From positions 1 through 64,000 of IMG/VR virus record IMGVR_UViG_3300025011_000027: a DNA stretch of 64,000 nt, one strand, 5' to 3'. Position numbers and translations under genes: made by a program. The notes under the pieces are model-generated. The model ran no database searches. It worked only from the letters and a program-made list of their open reading frames with translations, and was not told the DNA's origin. Shown here one piece after another: positions 1-9,663 of this stretch; the first letter of the stretch is position 1, and each line of letters begins with the position of its first letter. The DNA comes from a virus.

Positions 1-363
1 CAAGTAAAGACGCATGTACAAATAATTCTCCCATGACTTTTTAGGAGCAGACGCGATCTGTTCCGATGTCTTTGGCTTTTGATACTCTCCTGGAATAGTA
101 TCTAGTTGAGCGAAACACGTCCATGTAGGATCAGAGTCGTTGATATACTGGATATAATCGTCTTCGCTAATAATCGCATTTTTAGTGTGCGCTGAGAAAG
201 CTCCCGAGTCTAGGAATATAGGTTTCTCCCATGCTCTCCATTTCTTTATTTTACCTTTATCTAAGTGATATGAAAGCAAACGCAGGCTATTTCGATTTTT
301 AATATAATCATCAGAACCTGCCCATCCTGAGCCGGCAAAGTATAGGTTGAAAATAGTTTTCAC
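1..363 (-). CDS. dpdA: DpdA/TGT-like 7-deazaguanine DNA transglycosylase (5' part; runs off window, not in ORF track)
   Basis: Manual translation from GTG at 363: MKTIFNLYFAGSGW...RLLSY...IFLDSGAFSAHTK...FAQLDTIPG...SWENYLYMR. DSGAFS matches the TGT-fold DSG(G/A)F motif. It follows queF and has its own promoter. Confidence 0.7.
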   Translation of the reverse strand, partial: MKTIFNLYFAGSGWAGSDDYIKNRNSLRLLSYHLDKGKIKKWRAWEKPIFLDSGAFSAHTKNAIISEDDYIQYINDSDPTWTCFAQLDTIPGEYQKPKTSEQIASAPKKSWENYLYMRLYL

Positions 364-381
364 TTCCTCTCTCATACTAAG

Positions 382-419
382 ATATATAATAAAAAGCTCC
401 GCATTTTTAAGTGCGGAGC
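382..419 (-). promoter_or_regulatory. Phage-specific promoter CTTAAAAA-N15-TATATAT fused with terminator-like hairpin (copy 1)
   Basis: Minus strand gctccgca-CTTAAAAA-tgcggagc-TTTTT-at-TATATAT. Confidence 0.8.
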
Positions 420-437
420 GCGGTATTTGAGATTTAT

Positions 438-971
438 TTATCTGTTGTCAACCTTTTCTGGATACATGTCGTGAGTGTGTAGTCGATCATCCGCTATGAA
501 CTCCCAACGTGTTCCCTTCTCTCCCCAATTGCAGAACGGGTCAATGCTGATTCCCCCACGTGGCAAAAACTTACCAGTTACTTCGATGTACTTCGGATGC
601 ATTAGCTCTTTCAAATCCCTCAATATAGTAACTACACAATCCTCATGAAACGCTCCATGATTTCTGAAACTGAAAAGGTACAGCTTCAGTGACTTACTCT
701 CTACCATCTTCTCATTAGGTACATAACTAATTGTAATAGTTGCGAAATCTGGTTGTTGTGTCAAAGGACATTGAGAAGTAAATTCTGGGCAGTTAAATTT
801 TACCCAATAGTCAAGATCAATATTGTTATTTTGAAATGTCTCAAGAATACTTGGGTCATACTCAGTTAAATATTTCGTATTCTGGTCACCTAAAAGAGTA
901 AGTCCCGAAAGTGCGTTAAGTTCCCTTTTCTTCATTTCAGCTTCGTGATCTAATTTTTCTTTAAAGTCCAT
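438..971 (-). CDS. queF: NADPH-dependent preQ0 reductase QueF (type I)
   Basis: [15 protein letters not shown] catalytic Cys/Asp, QueF motif [25 protein letters not shown]. Confidence 0.95.
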   Translation of the reverse strand: MDFKEKLDHEAEMKKRELNALSGLTLLGDQNTKYLTEYDPSILETFQNNNIDLDYWVKFNCPEFTSQCPLTQQPDFATITISYVPNEKMVESKSLKLYLFSFRNHGAFHEDCVVTILRDLKELMHPKYIEVTGKFLPRGGISIDPFCNWGEKGTRWEFIADDRLHTHDMYPEKVDNR

Positions 972-980
972 GTTAGATAC

Positions 981-1616
981 CTACTTCCTTATTAAAGATA
1001 AGAATTCTGCTCGTGTTTCAGGCTCTTGAGCAAAGACTCCGCGCACTGAAGATGTTACCGTACTAGATCCAGATTTTTTTACTCCCCTGTGGCACATGCA
1101 GAGGTGTTTTGCTTCAATAACTACCATAGCTCCTTCAGCATCAAGGACTTCCATGAGAGCGTCAGCTATTTGACTAGTAAGACGCTCTTGAACTTGGAAG
1201 CGTTTAGAGTAACCGTCAACCATTCGAGCAATTTTAGATAATCCAGTTAACTTCTTCTTAGGTATATAAGCAACATGCGCTACCCCAAAGAATGGTAATA
1301 AATGATGTTCGCACATGCTCTGGAATTCAATATCTTTTAAAAGTACCAGCTCCTGATGGTCTACGTCGAACGTCTTCTCTAAGTGCTGCTTAGGATCTTC
1401 TCGATAGCCTTCCGTAAGCTCCAAGAAAGCTTTTGTTACTCTGTATGGAGTATCTTGCAAACCATCCCTTTGTGGATCATCTCCACATAACGTGATCAAG
1501 TCTCCTACTCCAATCATAACTTCATCAGCTAGATTCACTAAGTTTTCTTTAAAGGCATATCTTGGATCATTACTAAGTGGTAATAATAGACGTTCCATTT
1601 TTTCTTCGTAAGTCAT
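981..1616 (-). CDS. folE: GTP cyclohydrolase I
   Basis: [41 protein letters not shown]. Confidence 0.97.
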   Translation of the reverse strand: MTYEEKMERLLLPLSNDPRYAFKENLVNLADEVMIGVGDLITLCGDDPQRDGLQDTPYRVTKAFLELTEGYREDPKQHLEKTFDVDHQELVLLKDIEFQSMCEHHLLPFFGVAHVAYIPKKKLTGLSKIARMVDGYSKRFQVQERLTSQIADALMEVLDAEGAMVVIEAKHLCMCHRGVKKSGSSTVTSSVRGVFAQEPETRAEFLSLIRK

Positions 1617-1618
1617 AC

Positions 1619-2341
1619 TTACACACCTCTCCTATTTCCCCAAATTAGCGTATGCAGCTGGGGAAGTACTCGCACTTCGTTCATATCTTTGTCAGCTACT
1701 ACTTTGCTCACTAGCCAGTTTAGTCTTCCCAGGACGATGGCACGCATCGCATCAAGGGAACTATCTCCAACAATTACTGGAGTTCCAACTTGTAGATACA
1801 TTACTAAATTCATTTCCTCTTCAAATAATGCATTTACCTGTCTAGCATATTCATAATCCTCATCATCAAAGATAACTACTTTAATACTATACATACTAGG
1901 ATATAGATTGTCTCTAAATGCTTCAAGAGTTTCCCAATTGGTAGTAATACCTGAACTTGGCGGCTTAGGACTGATAACTACATGATTTACTTCGCTCAAC
2001 CAATCCTGCCAAATAGATCCTTGAGTTTCTACTGAAACGTGATAATGTTGATTTTGTAAATACTCGATTAGCTCTTCCATTTCGTCACCAATGATGCAAG
2101 GATTACCACCTGTTATAACAACATGAGAGCAGTTATACAGACCGCTTAAATTGAACACAGCTTGAAATACTTCTTTAGGAGTCATTTCAGTATAAGGATC
2201 ATTACCAGCCCAAGCATACTTAGTATCACACCATTTACATTGATAGTCACATCCAGCAGTACGAATAAAAATTACCTTCTGCCCGATGAAATGACCTTCT
2301 CCTTGAATTGTAGGACCCAGAATTTCACTAATTGGTATCAT
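1619..2341 (-). CDS. queE: 7-carboxy-7-deazaguanine synthase (radical SAM)
   Basis: [24 protein letters not shown] (CxxxCxxC), [19 protein letters not shown]. Confidence 0.97.
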   Translation of the reverse strand: MIPISEILGPTIQGEGHFIGQKVIFIRTAGCDYQCKWCDTKYAWAGNDPYTEMTPKEVFQAVFNLSGLYNCSHVVITGGNPCIIGDEMEELIEYLQNQHYHVSVETQGSIWQDWLSEVNHVVISPKPPSSGITTNWETLEAFRDNLYPSMYSIKVVIFDDEDYEYARQVNALFEEEMNLVMYLQVGTPVIVGDSSLDAMRAIVLGRLNWLVSKVVADKDMNEVRVLPQLHTLIWGNRRGV

Positions 2342-2841
2342 TTAGTTCCCCCCAAATCTTTGTATGAAATATTATTTAGTACAGAATAAGACTGAGCGAG
2401 TGATATTCCGTATTCTTCACCAACCGATTTATAAGTTGGAAGCCCTTTCCTCTTACCTTTACCGTTATTACCTAAGAAATACTTACCATATTTTTCTCGT
2501 ATCTCAATAACTTGCTCATTAGTAAGTTTAGCCGAATGATTAAGAACACCATCTTGTTTTCTCCATGTTCCCATACTAACTGCGTCCAAAGCGTTATCTG
2601 AGTATGTTCCTAAAATAAGATGGTCAGGATTAACGCATTTTCTATTATCGCACATATGACGCACGACAAGTCCTTTGGAAATCTCGCCTTTAAAAAGTAG
2701 ATAAGAAGCTTTGTGAGCAGACTCATCTTTACCATTCAACCAAAATACTCCATAACCTTCTGAGTTTGACCCTGCCGCGTTCCACAACCAACACTTGTCA
2801 GTCTTAGTTACTTTTGCTAAGAATCTCTCAATTGTTGTCAC
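2338..2841 (-). CDS. Free-standing HNH homing endonuclease with C-terminal HTH
   Basis: CWLW...YG...AHKASY...VRHMCDNRKCVNPDHL..GT..DN. Confidence 0.9.
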   Translation of the reverse strand: MTTIERFLAKVTKTDKCWLWNAAGSNSEGYGVFWLNGKDESAHKASYLLFKGEISKGLVVRHMCDNRKCVNPDHLILGTYSDNALDAVSMGTWRKQDGVLNHSAKLTNEQVIEIREKYGKYFLGNNGKGKRKGLPTYKSVGEEYGISLAQSYSVLNNISYKDLGGTK

Positions 2842-3739
2842 TGGTTTCTTTCCCCTTCTTCAAGTTTGTCAACAAGTCGCTTTGACTACTCAGAGCTGAC
2901 TTCATATTTCCCTTTCCTTGGGTGAAGTAACTTTTCTTTAACTCAATGCCAATAAACTTTCTACCCATCTTAACTGATATATGACCTTCAGACATAATTC
3001 CCCCAAACGGAGAACATACTGTATCCCCAGGATTAGTCCAAAGTTGAACCGCTCTCTCGATTACTTGAAGCTGAAGGGGACATATATGCCTTTCGTCTTC
3101 ATGTTCTCGCGCTGACGTTCTCTGAAGGGTATCCGAAGGATTTATATCCATCCATATCGGACTTGCGTAGCGTTGCCAAATTTCAACGGGGAATGATTCG
3201 TTAGTATGCACGATGCGCTCGGGATTAACTCCTGGCTTACGCATTGTTACAAGATAGTCTGGTATCCCTTGTCTTGATAATGAAGAATCTTTCTTAAGCT
3301 GCTTATGGAGTAATCCAATAGCCTTTGTACGCTGCATTGCAACCACAGGATCTTTCCATATGCACACTTCAGAATGATAGATAAATCCAGCTTCTTGGAA
3401 CAGTCGAATTAAGTCTCCTCTAAAATCATGTATTCCAATATATCCATCCCTTGTTATAGTTGCAGGTAAGTTCATGCAATGAAAGCTGATAAGCCTTCCT
3501 GGCATTGCAGTTCTGAATATCTCAGAAATCAGGAACTTGAAGTGGGCGTAGAACTCTGAGCTAGTTCGGCAATTTCCCAGATCGCGCTCACTATTTGAGT
3601 AAACATACAAACTAGCGAATGGAGGAGAAAAGATAAAATAATGAATAGAGTTACTTGGTATCCCTTTCATTATCTCGATAGAGTCACCATTATAAATTGC
3701 GTACTTATCAGTTATTACTTGATTCAATACTTTAACCAT
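2828..3739 (-). CDS. N4-C/N6-A DNA methyltransferase (beta-type motif order)
   Basis: YNGDS, FSPPF (motif IV), HICPLQL, VCSPFGGIMSEG (motif I variant), GIELK; probable start ATG at 3739. Confidence 0.9.
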   Translation of the reverse strand: MVKVLNQVITDKYAIYNGDSIEIMKGIPSNSIHYFIFSPPFASLYVYSNSERDLGNCRTSSEFYAHFKFLISEIFRTAMPGRLISFHCMNLPATITRDGYIGIHDFRGDLIRLFQEAGFIYHSEVCIWKDPVVAMQRTKAIGLLHKQLKKDSSLSRQGIPDYLVTMRKPGVNPERIVHTNESFPVEIWQRYASPIWMDINPSDTLQRTSAREHEDERHICPLQLQVIERAVQLWTNPGDTVCSPFGGIMSEGHISVKMGRKFIGIELKKSYFTQGKGNMKSALSSQSDLLTNLKKGKETSDNN

Positions 3740-5126
3740 TAACAACTTCCTCCAGCCATTCAGGTATAATCATGTCAGCACATGCAAGATACTCTAATAT
3801 TTCACGCCTTGTATTGGTAAGATTCTTTTTAGTAATCTCTTGAGTGGAGGCAATCATTCCCTTGAGCATCTTGTTAAATTCCAACTCTTTACGTTCGATA
3901 TTTCTAACAACCGCTCCCTCAGTACGTGCGGTAACAAAGTATACGTCCACTTGATGAGTCTGACCAAATCTCCAGCATCTACGAATTGCCTGATAAACTT
4001 GCTCAAAAGAATCTGAAAGTCCAACAAATATCATCTTTGAACAGTGCTGCCAATTCATCCCGAAACCAAATATTTTAGGTTTGGTAATGAGAATAGGCAC
4101 ATCACCTATTCTCCATGCTTCCTCATAAGCCAGTCGATCATCGTTTGACGTACTACCATCAATCGAAACGCAATTCTTACCAAACTTCTTTTTGAGTGCG
4201 TCCTGCTCTACGTTCAAATCGCACCATATTAACCACTTCTCTTTACAATCAACTAAGTCATTAGCAGCATCAACTCTTGAGGAAGTGGATGACCTACGAG
4301 CGGATTGTCTTTCCTGAAGGGTACGAGCTTCCATTGGAAATAAGAAGTTTTTAGATTTATTCGCTACGGATACTACTTTTGAGTGAAGACATAATGGAGG
4401 CAGATTAAATTGGTCATCTGCATATCCCAAGTCACTTGGTTTTGTTAACATGACCGCCCAAGATGCTACCCACTCCCAAAACTTAACCTTTGCATGTCCC
4501 TTAAGTCTCCATTTGGAAGTATCTCCGCCATCATGAACAAAAAACATTGCCAACATTTCTGTTGAGCTGCATACTCCTAAAAACTCAGCATGGTTACCCA
4601 ATTCCACGTGATCATTAGGAGCAGGAGTAGCTGTGCAAGCTAATCTGAAAGGGACTTCTCCAAACATATCTATGATAAGGTTACGAGTCGCGCCATGATC
4701 TGACTTTAGTATGGAAGATTCGTCAAGAATAATTCCACCAAACTTGTCAGGGTCAAAATGCTTGAGCATATCATAATTGGTAATGTTTATCCCAGACTTA
4801 ACATCGTCTTGAGTTCTGCAAAGATTAACTTCGTAACCAAACATAGCTCCTAAGCTCACAGTCTGTTTTCCTACTGAAAGAGGAGCTACAATTAGTACTG
4901 GTTTTCCTGTGTACTCTGACATTTTACTTGCGGACTCCATTTCGATTAAAGTCTTACCTAAGCCCGTTCCCGCGAATACAGCAGCTTTACCTTTCTGCAA
5001 TACCCACCTTACGATGTCTCTTTGAAAATCAAAAAGTATTTCATTTACACGATCAACCACAAAACCGGAACTGGTCGAAGTTATCAGTTTATCCCTAAGA
5101 AAGTTAGCATACTCCATTATAGCCAC
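3732..5126 (-). CDS. SNF2/SF2 helicase coupled to the methyltransferase
   Basis: GTGLGKT, LDESS, TATPAPND, GFGMNWQ, QAIRRCWRFGQ. Confidence 0.92.
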   Translation of the reverse strand: MAIMEYANFLRDKLITSTSSGFVVDRVNEILFDFQRDIVRWVLQKGKAAVFAGTGLGKTLIEMESASKMSEYTGKPVLIVAPLSVGKQTVSLGAMFGYEVNLCRTQDDVKSGINITNYDMLKHFDPDKFGGIILDESSILKSDHGATRNLIIDMFGEVPFRLACTATPAPNDHVELGNHAEFLGVCSSTEMLAMFFVHDGGDTSKWRLKGHAKVKFWEWVASWAVMLTKPSDLGYADDQFNLPPLCLHSKVVSVANKSKNFLFPMEARTLQERQSARRSSTSSRVDAANDLVDCKEKWLIWCDLNVEQDALKKKFGKNCVSIDGSTSNDDRLAYEEAWRIGDVPILITKPKIFGFGMNWQHCSKMIFVGLSDSFEQVYQAIRRCWRFGQTHQVDVYFVTARTEGAVVRNIERKELEFNKMLKGMIASTQEITKKNLTNTRREILEYLACADMIIPEWLEEVVNG

Positions 5127-5548
5127 TCTCTCCTAAGTTCAGCATAACTAGTTGGAGTTTCATAGAGACGTATAAACTCCATTTGAAGACTTTGGGAAGT
5201 TGCGCCTACTGTATTGTTTATATAATCCGTAAGCTCATATTCGAATCTACGAAACAGCCACAATACCATATTTTCTGCGGTAGTATTCATTTCTGGAAGA
5301 GTCTCATTGAGGTACTGGTGGTCTAAATGATTCTTTATTTTACTTTCCCAGATCATCTTCAGGTCTTTGAAATCAATAACCATTCCCATCCTGTTTGTTA
5401 GTCCGCTCAAACCCACAACTAATTTATAAGTATGACCATGAAGGCGATTGCAGGCGCCCTCATAGTCATTCAATTTGTGAGCTGCATCAAATGTAAATTC
5501 TTTGCTGACAAGTACACGCTTTCTATGGAAAGGATCTTTTATTTTCAT
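5117..5548 (-). CDS. queD: 6-carboxy-5,6,7,8-tetrahydropterin synthase
   Basis: [43 protein letters not shown]. Confidence 0.96.
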   Translation of the reverse strand: MKIKDPFHRKRVLVSKEFTFDAAHKLNDYEGACNRLHGHTYKLVVGLSGLTNRMGMVIDFKDLKMIWESKIKNHLDHQYLNETLPEMNTTAENMVLWLFRRFEYELTDYINNTVGATSQSLQMEFIRLYETPTSYAELRREWL

Positions 5549-6222
5549 TGAGAGTTTTCCTCCTCTAATTTTACTTTACTGTCGAGGTAATTCTCCAGTC
5601 CAGCCTGTCTTAACTGACAAGCGGGACATTTCCCACAGCCCTCTCCACGTATTCCATTATAGCAAGTAAGAGTGTCTGATAAGATAATATCATAACAACC
5701 TAACTGGTCTGCGAGTTCCCAAGTCTCAGATTTATTCATCCACATTAGTGGAGTTAGTATCTGAAAGTCATAATCCATTGCTAAGTTTAGCGTAACATTG
5801 AGTGATTTTATGAAAGTATCCCTACAGTCAGGATATCCAGAAAAGTCGGTCTGACAGACTCCGGTCATAATATCAGAGATTCCCTTTTGCTTCGCTACTA
5901 CAGCGGCAAACGTCAGAAAAAGCATGTTTCTACCATCAACGAAGGTATTTGGTAATTCTCCTTCTTCTCCTGCTTTGACTTCGATACTTGCACGAGTCAG
6001 AGCATTAGGAGCAAGTGCATTCAGTAAAGCCATATCCAGTATTGTTTGCTTCACCTGTAACTTATTGCATATGTCAGTCGCGCACTCGATCTCTTTGGCA
6101 TGACGCTGCCCGTAATTGAATGTAATAGCTTCAACTTCTTTGTACATAGTGATAGCTAACATTAAGCAGGTCGTACTATCTTGTCCTCCAGATAGAACGA
6201 CCAAACATTTTTCCTTATTCAT
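5545..6222 (-). CDS. queC: 7-cyano-7-deazaguanine synthase
   Basis: [34 protein letters not shown]...[10 protein letters not shown]; true start likely ATG at 6222 (MNKEK). Confidence 0.97.
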   Translation of the reverse strand: MNKEKCLVVLSGGQDSTTCLMLAITMYKEVEAITFNYGQRHAKEIECATDICNKLQVKQTILDMALLNALAPNALTRASIEVKAGEEGELPNTFVDGRNMLFLTFAAVVAKQKGISDIMTGVCQTDFSGYPDCRDTFIKSLNVTLNLAMDYDFQILTPLMWMNKSETWELADQLGCYDIILSDTLTCYNGIRGEGCGKCPACQLRQAGLENYLDSKVKLEEENSQ

Positions 6223-6538
6223 GAAAGTCACCAACCCTTTCAAGTGATTCATAAAAAAGAGCTTCTTGATTTGTAGGTTGATCAAGAGCCTCCAGAAGTG
6301 ATAACCACAAAGTGCTATTCTTAATAACATTTGTGAAAAACTCATCTGGATTGTAAGCTTGAATCACTTCCGGAGGAGACTGCATGAGAAAGAACGCTCT
6401 TTTTACGTAAATAAAGTGGAGAGTATTCCTAATATGTGATTCTTCCATTTCTGTCATAGGATCGAGGTCAACACCGTTAGCTGTACGCCAAGTTTTTTTA
6501 CTGAGAATTGCAAATGCAGGGGAAATTGACTGTTTCAT
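6215..6538 (-). CDS. Hypothetical protein, first gene of the que operon
   Basis: AGGAG RBS, overlaps queC start, lies downstream of promoter copy 2. Confidence 0.7.
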   Translation of the reverse strand: MKQSISPAFAILSKKTWRTANGVDLDPMTEMEESHIRNTLHFIYVKRAFFLMQSPPEVIQAYNPDEFFTNVIKNSTLWLSLLEALDQPTNQEALFYESLERVGDFHE

Positions 6539-6593
6539 TTTTACATCTCCTTAGTTTTGATAGCAGGAGGACTCTCGAACTGCTTCTAACGAG

Positions 6594-6631
6594 ATATATA
6601 ACAAAAAGCTCCCGATTTTTAAGTCGAGAGC
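6594..6631 (-). promoter_or_regulatory. Phage promoter/terminator composite (copy 2)
   Basis: gctctcga-CTTAAAAA-tcgggagc-TTTTTG-T-TATATAT. Confidence 0.8.
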
Positions 6632-6642
6632 TTGAAAAGTTT

Positions 6643-6786
6643 TTATTTATTTTTCGTCTTCTTAGGTTCCGGCTCAGAGAAGCCTATTGGGTCAGGATCG
6701 TCCCTCCATCGGTCAACCAGTGGAACTTGCTTTTCTTGTTTAGGATCTTTGCTATCATTAGCAGGTTTTTGATTTTTCTCAGTCAT
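6643..6786 (-). CDS. Small hypothetical protein (47 aa, MTEKNQKP...)
   Basis: Manual translation; GAGGGAG RBS. Confidence 0.5.
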   Translation of the reverse strand: MTEKNQKPANDSKDPKQEKQVPLVDRWRDDPDPIGFSEPEPKKTKNK

Positions 6787-6808
6787 TTTTAATGCACTCC
6801 CTCTTATC

Positions 6809-6997
6809 TTAATTTTTTAGAATATCTTGATTCACAATCACCCAATGTCCAGAAATTTCGTTAAACTCAATTTGGGAAACTGTATGCAACTTAGAACATT
6901 CTTCAGTCAACCATTCTTCGTTATCATTGTCAGCTAGGAATTGAGAAAGGGAACCATTGAAAACTTCATTAGCGTCATTAGTTACTAGTATTTTCAT
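6809..6997 (-). CDS. Hypothetical protein
   Basis: ORF downstream of a sigmaA-like promoter. Confidence 0.6.
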   Translation of the reverse strand: MKILVTNDANEVFNGSLSQFLADNDNEEWLTEECSKLHTVSQIEFNEISGHWVIVNQDILKN

Positions 6998-7035
6998 AGT
7001 GTTTGCTCACTTTCTTTAGTTGGTCTCATTACAGT

Positions 7036-7065
7036 ATACTAACATATAATGAGACCATTTGTCAA
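7036..7065 (-). promoter_or_regulatory. SigmaA-like early promoter with -10 enclosed by an 11-bp inverted repeat
   Basis: TTGACA-N18-TAGTAT with TG extension; IR tggtctcatta (7021-7031) / taatgagacca (7047-7057). Confidence 0.6.
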
Positions 7066-7150
7066 TAGTTGGGAATTACTCGTATTCTATGCCCATGGTC
7101 TCTAAAACTGACTGGACCGCATGAGCTGAAAGGTTGCTCAAGCTATCCAC

Positions 7151-7609
7151 TTATCCCGCTTCGCATCGTTCGCGAAAGTCAAACATAACTTGGACTAATA
7201 TAGGATCTACTTCGTGTCTCTCAAGTTCTTTTCCTCGAAGATTGGCATGCAGAGATTCTATAATAAGTCTCAAACTTTCTTCCAGTGCTTTTTGTACGTC
7301 AGCTCTCATGTCTCCAACTTGTTCTTCGTTTACAGTGTTACTCACATCAAGATTGATTCCAATTGCTGCTTTAATACCGTCTATGATGAATTGGTGATAG
7401 CTGCCTGTCAAGAATGTACCTTCTGACCCGTTATCCGCAATTTCTTGAATGAAGCTCATAAGCTCATCATAGACGTTCTTAGCTTGTGCAAATGTTTTCA
7501 CGTTACTCATGTCAACCGTTTTATGGTAGTTGTCGTGTGTACGATAATTGGCACAAATTTTATCAATGGTCAGTACATTTTGATGAATAGTCTTTCTCAT
7601 TGTATTCAC
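7151..7609 (-). CDS. Hypothetical protein
   Basis: 152-aa ORF behind a sigmaA-like promoter. Confidence 0.7.
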   Translation of the reverse strand: MNTMRKTIHQNVLTIDKICANYRTHDNYHKTVDMSNVKTFAQAKNVYDELMSFIQEIADNGSEGTFLTGSYHQFIIDGIKAAIGINLDVSNTVNEEQVGDMRADVQKALEESLRLIIESLHANLRGKELERHEVDPILVQVMFDFRERCEAG

Positions 7610-7657
7610 TCTCTTTCAGTTTTTGGTAGTTTGTAGCGGTTTTTCTCTTACACGCTA

Positions 7658-7686
7658 ATATTAACATATAATAACACCATTGTCAA
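7658..7686 (-). promoter_or_regulatory. SigmaA-like early promoter
   Basis: TTGACA-N17-TAATAT with TGT extension. Confidence 0.65.
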
Positions 7687-7688
7687 CT

Positions 7689-8594
7689 TTACGCCGCAAG
7701 CTCCTCGTCAGTTATTTTAGGTCCGTACCACATGAGATTGATCTCGAAGTCAACCTTCATTGGAATACTGATCTTGTCAGCGGCTTTCAACATTAAGTCT
7801 CTAATGATAGCTCTAGCCTTAAGAGCATTCTCTCTTGGACATTCTCCAATAACTTCGTCATGTACTGTGATAAGCATCCTGTAGGATAGTTCTCGCAGCT
7901 CTTGACTTCTCCCGATTGCAAGCATAGCACGTTTGGTAATATCAGCACTCGTTCCTTGAATAATGGAGTTTACTGCTTGACGCTCAGCCTCAGAAATCTT
8001 ACCCCCATTGTCTCGTACCTTGATTCCTTTTTTGTATGCTTCGGACTTGATCTTCTTCTTATCTTTTCCCCATGCTTTCTCAAGCTTAGTCCAGTAGTAA
8101 TCTGCAACATGGTCAGGTACTTCTCCCTCTTGTGCAGGTACGTCTTTTCCATCAGCATCTTTAGTCTTTATAAAACTAAATTCATATAAAGGTAATTGAA
8201 TGTCGGGTAATCTACGTTTTCTTCCCCAAACGGTTTCTACAAAACCTATTTCTTTTGCCGAAGCAATAACTTTATCTACCCATGCTTTAACTTTAGGGAA
8301 CATTTCGAAGAACTTGTCAATAATTGCCTGAGCTTCTTTTTTAGTCTTACCAATTTGGTCTGCGATAGCCTGAGCGCCGCGCCCGTACATAATTCCTAAT
8401 ACAATGCTCTTAACTGAATCCCGTCGTTCTTTTCCTGCTGGATTATCAACGCCGTTTTTCTTTTCCATACAGTCTTCATAAGGTAACTGAAAAACTAGAC
8501 TTCCAATTGTAGCATATATGTCTTTTCCTTGTGCGTAAGCTTCAATAAGTCTTTCGTCACCTGATACAAAAGCCAAGACTCTAGGTTCAACTTG
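7689..8594 (-). CDS. polA: DNA polymerase family A, exon 2
   Basis: Begins QVEPRVLAFVSGD (completes motif A DYSQxEPR); motif B RDSVKSIVLGIMYG; motif C TVHDE. Confidence 0.93.
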   Translation of the reverse strand, partial: QVEPRVLAFVSGDERLIEAYAQGKDIYATIGSLVFQLPYEDCMEKKNGVDNPAGKERRDSVKSIVLGIMYGRGAQAIADQIGKTKKEAQAIIDKFFEMFPKVKAWVDKVIASAKEIGFVETVWGRKRRLPDIQLPLYEFSFIKTKDADGKDVPAQEGEVPDHVADYYWTKLEKAWGKDKKKIKSEAYKKGIKVRDNGGKISEAERQAVNSIIQGTSADITKRAMLAIGRSQELRELSYRMLITVHDEVIGECPRENALKARAIIRDLMLKAADKISIPMKVDFEINLMWYGPKITDEELAA

Positions 8595-9663
8595 CGTTTA
8601 CATTATAAGGTTCGCTACACCTTCTCCAATTACTTGGAGTGTCGGACTATATCTTCACTCAGCTCCCGATTTAAAGCTTCATCATGCCTCTAGTTTCGAC
8701 TTCGCTTGAAGCCTACTCTACTCACTTCCACTTTATAGTGTGCTTTCGATAGTCTCTACACTCTATTTATTTTGCTAACTTCCAAATATACCCATATACA
8801 GGTTTACCACTTAACGCATATTTTTTAAGTGTAACGTGTGTACCATGGATATATATGGCTGCTACTGCTAAACTCCTATGAGTCTGAATAAACTTATCAT
8901 CTAAAGTATACTGGTCTATAGGCATACATAGCTTCTCAGAATTCCTTATACTATGCTGTCTGATTACTTCCTTTACTTCGTCGCTATGATTATAACCAGC
9001 TAACGACTTGTCTCTTGCTTCAAAAAGTTTTCTCTTATGATCTTCAGTCAATTTATGCCCTGCAAAGTTTCTATTACCTTTGAGTTTATCAGATATGCGT
9101 TTACGACTTTCGGCGGATAATTCATATTTCGCATGTAGTTCGATCTGAATTTTAGAAGTATTTGCTCTAAATTCTTCGGATTGAACTTTTTCTAGGTGCT
9201 TGGCTTTAACTTCAGGGTGGTGCATTGGATTAGATTTACCTCCCCTAATCATATTATAGCCTTTATTCATTGAGTCATAATAATTAACCCAATAATCCTC
9301 TTTTTCGTTCAATTCTATAAGTGAGCTTGCTAAATCTACAGCTTCCCAAGTAAACGCATCCTTACCATACTTTCTCAGGGCATTATAGAAATGAGTGCTA
9401 TCCCCTTTCTTGCAGGACTGATAATGTCGAGACTTTCTTTTAGCAAGAGTTTCAGTAGTTTGACCAATATATACTTTACCGTTAAGTTTATTAGTAACCT
9501 TATAAATTAACAATCTCGTCACCTTCCCCATATACAACATATGCTATCAGATGACTATTATCAACTAGCAAATAATAAATATAGCTCGGGATTGCCCTCA
9601 GCATAACCTGGTCGGGATTAACCGAATTAAAGAGGTTTTACTACAGCCAAACTACCTTAGTCC
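8595..9663 (-). mobile_element. Group I intron (1069 nt) in polA
   Basis: 5' exon ends in U (TACAGT|); IGS GCTGTAGT pairs with the exon with a U-G wobble; terminal G (TAAACG|CAA); P10 CAAGTT/AGTTTG; Q AATCCCGAGC; R GTAGAGACTA; S AAGATATAGTCC; splicing restores DYS|QVEPR in frame. Confidence 0.93.
8767..9540 (-). CDS. Intron-encoded GIY-YIG homing endonuclease with NUMOD3/NUMOD1-like C-terminal motifs
   Basis: LIYKVTNKLNGKVYIGQT, R (AKRKSRH), E (NEKE), GYN; HxxEx[K/R]xK[I/L] repeats; PIDQYTLD. Confidence 0.93.
   Translation of the reverse strand: MLYMGKVTRLLIYKVTNKLNGKVYIGQTTETLAKRKSRHYQSCKKGDSTHFYNALRKYGKDAFTWEAVDLASSLIELNEKEDYWVNYYDSMNKGYNMIRGGKSNPMHHPEVKAKHLEKVQSEEFRANTSKIQIELHAKYELSAESRKRISDKLKGNRNFAGHKLTEDHKRKLFEARDKSLAGYNHSDEVKEVIRQHSIRNSEKLCMPIDQYTLDDKFIQTHRSLAVAAIYIHGTHVTLKKYALSGKPVYGYIWKLAK

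Noticed and set aside
969-983. folE-queF fusion by readthrough (TAG + 9 nt + ATG is in frame)
   Set aside because: Both proteins are complete and queF has its own SD-like sequence; an in-frame arrangement has a 1-in-3 chance.
6540-6640. preQ1 riboswitch upstream of the que operon
   Set aside because: The hairpin is the recurring promoter/terminator composite also found before unrelated genes; no preQ1 aptamer consensus was seen.
8595-9663. Intein or simple gene split in polA
   Set aside because: There is an in-frame stop after DYSGLR, no intein Cys/HN termini, and a clear group I RNA core.
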